From a virus (Duplodnaviria > Caudoviricetes): a stretch of 49,747 nt of DNA. A program made the position numbers and the translations under genes. The notes beneath the pieces are model-generated. The model was not told where the DNA came from, ran no database searches, and was given only the letters and a program-made list of their open reading frames with translations. The stretch spans positions 1 to 49,747 of IMG/VR virus record IMGVR_UViG_3300017963_000080; one strand, 5' to 3'. Of the stretch, positions 47,857 to 49,747 are shown piece by piece. Each line of letters opens with the position of its first letter. The stretch's first letter is position 1.

Positions 47857-49416
47857 ATGTTAGCCATACGGCACCAAGAAGTCAACAAAAAAAAGGGGTA
47901 CCTGATGAATAAGGACATAGAAATACAACGCATCCTCAGTGAAGCCTACGAGTTAGAACCAGAGCTATCAAAGCATATGCGAAAGTTCTTTGCCGATGGA
48001 ATTAAAGTCAATGAAGAACCTACTAAGGTGCCAGATTGGGCATTTTGGCGCATAGAAGGTCTTGACATCAATGGTTTTCCACGTATAGCTATCAGCGCCT
48101 CAAAATATCTGGAATTCTTAGACAAGGCAAGCTATAGAGTATTCCCAAAAAAGGGACAACCTACTGTTGTCCTGGAAACAGTGGACGGGATGGAACGCAC
48201 AAAGGTCAGAGGGCGCCTCAATACATCTGTGAAAGAGTATGTTTGCACGTACCTACATGGCAAAGGATATGAACATGTCATAGACGCAATGCTGGTCAAT
48301 ACAAAATTTTTTACTCTAGACATCTTAGAACAATTGCCTGAAATTACACAGGAAAAAGCCAGAAAATCTATTTTTTCGGAACTTGATACAAGAATCAGGT
48401 TCTCGACTCCTATAGAGGACGAAGTTTCCTTAATCACATATCAGGGGGATGAATGGGAATCAACACTACTGACAACAGACAATTTCATGGGTGTAAGCGG
48501 CTTCTCTGGCAGCGGAAAAACGAATTTTGTAGAATTGTTGGCGAGTCTCGCAATTTCGCCAGACTGCGAGGCATTGAGCCCTATCCGCCTAACAATCCAT
48601 GGAGGGAAGGTACTATGGTATGACACGGAAAGGTCAACGGGTGATTGTGTGCGATCTCTTAGGCGTATTAAGCAGCGCGTAGGCGCGTGGAGGCATGAAA
48701 ATAAGAATATGCTAACAGAAGATGGGGACGGTTTTGAACGGCTTGAAATTGTGGCTGTGAAAGGCATTGAAGACCAAAATGAATACATACTTGAGCATTT
48801 AGACGCCATAGATGATAAAGTGTCGCTGGTCATACTGGACGGGGCACTTGATCTTGTAACAAGCATGAATGCTGAAGAAGAGGCAAAAATGTTCACAAAT
48901 AACCTCATGCGCATTACCAAAAAACTTGGTTGTGGTGTGGTCGTGACAGTTCACGGCAAGACGAGTAAAGATGATACTGGTTCAGGCATGGGCCACGTTG
49001 GCAAAGCAATTGAACGTAAGTGCTGTGCGTTTCTTATGGTACAGACACAAGCAACTGAAGATGGAAGGGACATTAAGCGCGTAACAACAGAATTTAGTGC
49101 TGGAAAGGTTCGCAATGGACGTGTGTCAGGCGTGGATGCGTTTTTTGAATGGGATGAAGATGATGGCATGAGTCATTTTATCGAATATGACATACCTGAT
49201 AGGCCGAAAAAAGAGACCACTCGGCAGAAAATTGAAAAAGCCATCCAAGAAATTTATAAGAATCATTCGACATTGAGATATAAAGAGCTTATTAACCTAT
49301 ATGTACAGGTGACAGGACTGTCAATTGACACCGCAAAAAAACATATTAGATCTGCTAAAAGCACTGGTTTAGTAGGTAAGGACGGGAGTCGTTATATTCT
49401 TAATTCTCCATTTTAG
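47857..49416 (+). CDS. RecA-like (AAA_25/SF4) replicative helicase with C-terminal wHTH
   Basis: GFSGSGKT, WYDTE, LVILDG, VVVTVH, GMGH.G; probable start 47905. Confidence 0.8.
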   Translation: MLAIRHQEVNKKKGYLMNKDIEIQRILSEAYELEPELSKHMRKFFADGIKVNEEPTKVPDWAFWRIEGLDINGFPRIAISASKYLEFLDKASYRVFPKKGQPTVVLETVDGMERTKVRGRLNTSVKEYVCTYLHGKGYEHVIDAMLVNTKFFTLDILEQLPEITQEKARKSIFSELDTRIRFSTPIEDEVSLITYQGDEWESTLLTTDNFMGVSGFSGSGKTNFVELLASLAISPDCEALSPIRLTIHGGKVLWYDTERSTGDCVRSLRRIKQRVGAWRHENKNMLTEDGDGFERLEIVAVKGIEDQNEYILEHLDAIDDKVSLVILDGALDLVTSMNAEEEAKMFTNNLMRITKKLGCGVVVTVHGKTSKDDTGSGMGHVGKAIERKCCAFLMVQTQATEDGRDIKRVTTEFSAGKVRNGRVSGVDAFFEWDEDDGMSHFIEYDIPDRPKKETTRQKIEKAIQEIYKNHSTLRYKELINLYVQVTGLSIDTAKKHIRSAKSTGLVGKDGSRYILNSPF

Positions 49417-49624
49417 GTGATACATTGTAGGGTGTAAAAAATGGATTTACACCAATGGTGTACGTTAGTGTAAAAAAGGTGTGAATTTTATTTTCCAGTT
49501 TTTAAATAGCAACGTTTACAATACCTTACAATAGTGTAAAATTACACTATTAGTGTAAAATTAAAGGTGTAAGGTGTAAATCCCCTTATATATATAAGGG
49601 GATTACATACACCATACACTAACG
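49417..49624. other. Putative replication origin
   Basis: AT-rich; many GTGTAA/TTACA(C) repeats; perfect 26-bp palindrome 49579-49604; lies between helicase and primase. Confidence 0.7.
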
Positions 49625-49747
49625 CCAAATTATAAATGAAAATTAACACTGAGAAAATTAAAAATAATGTGGATATTTTAGACTTGGTCTTGAAAGATTC
49701 AAATATCAAGAAAATTTCTACGTCTCATGGTGGAGAGTATGCAGGTC
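49625..49747. repeat. Terminal direct repeat copy (circular overlap)
   Basis: Identical to 1-123. Confidence 0.97.

Overview
This window looks like a complete, circularly assembled tailed-phage genome of about 49,624 bp; bases 1-123 are repeated at 49625-49747. It has a Mu-like head module (terminase, DUF935-type portal, gpF, protease/scaffold, capsid, gp36-like adaptor) and a siphovirus-like tail module. Replication genes are a helicase, an iteron/palindrome origin candidate and a primase. No integrase is visible, but a minus-strand block encodes a ParM-like actin, a ParB-methylase fusion and an FtsK-like ATPase, suggesting a phage-plasmid. The most striking element is an array-less type IV-B-like CRISPR effector operon: a putative Cas11-Csf2(Cas7) fusion, Csf1 and Csf3. 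A B12-binding-type radical SAM gene is translationally coupled between csf1 and csf3, and the CysH-like gene usual in type IV-B is not seen. Upstream lie a structured GC-rich non-coding segment and two integron attC-like sites bounding a second radical SAM gene and a DNA methylase. Other notable features are a triplicated palindrome-containing sigma70 promoter, two promoter-gene-hairpin-pentapeptide units, a possible -1 frameshift fusing portal to gpF, and many long intergenic palindromes. All protein calls come from motif recognition by eye, without database searches.
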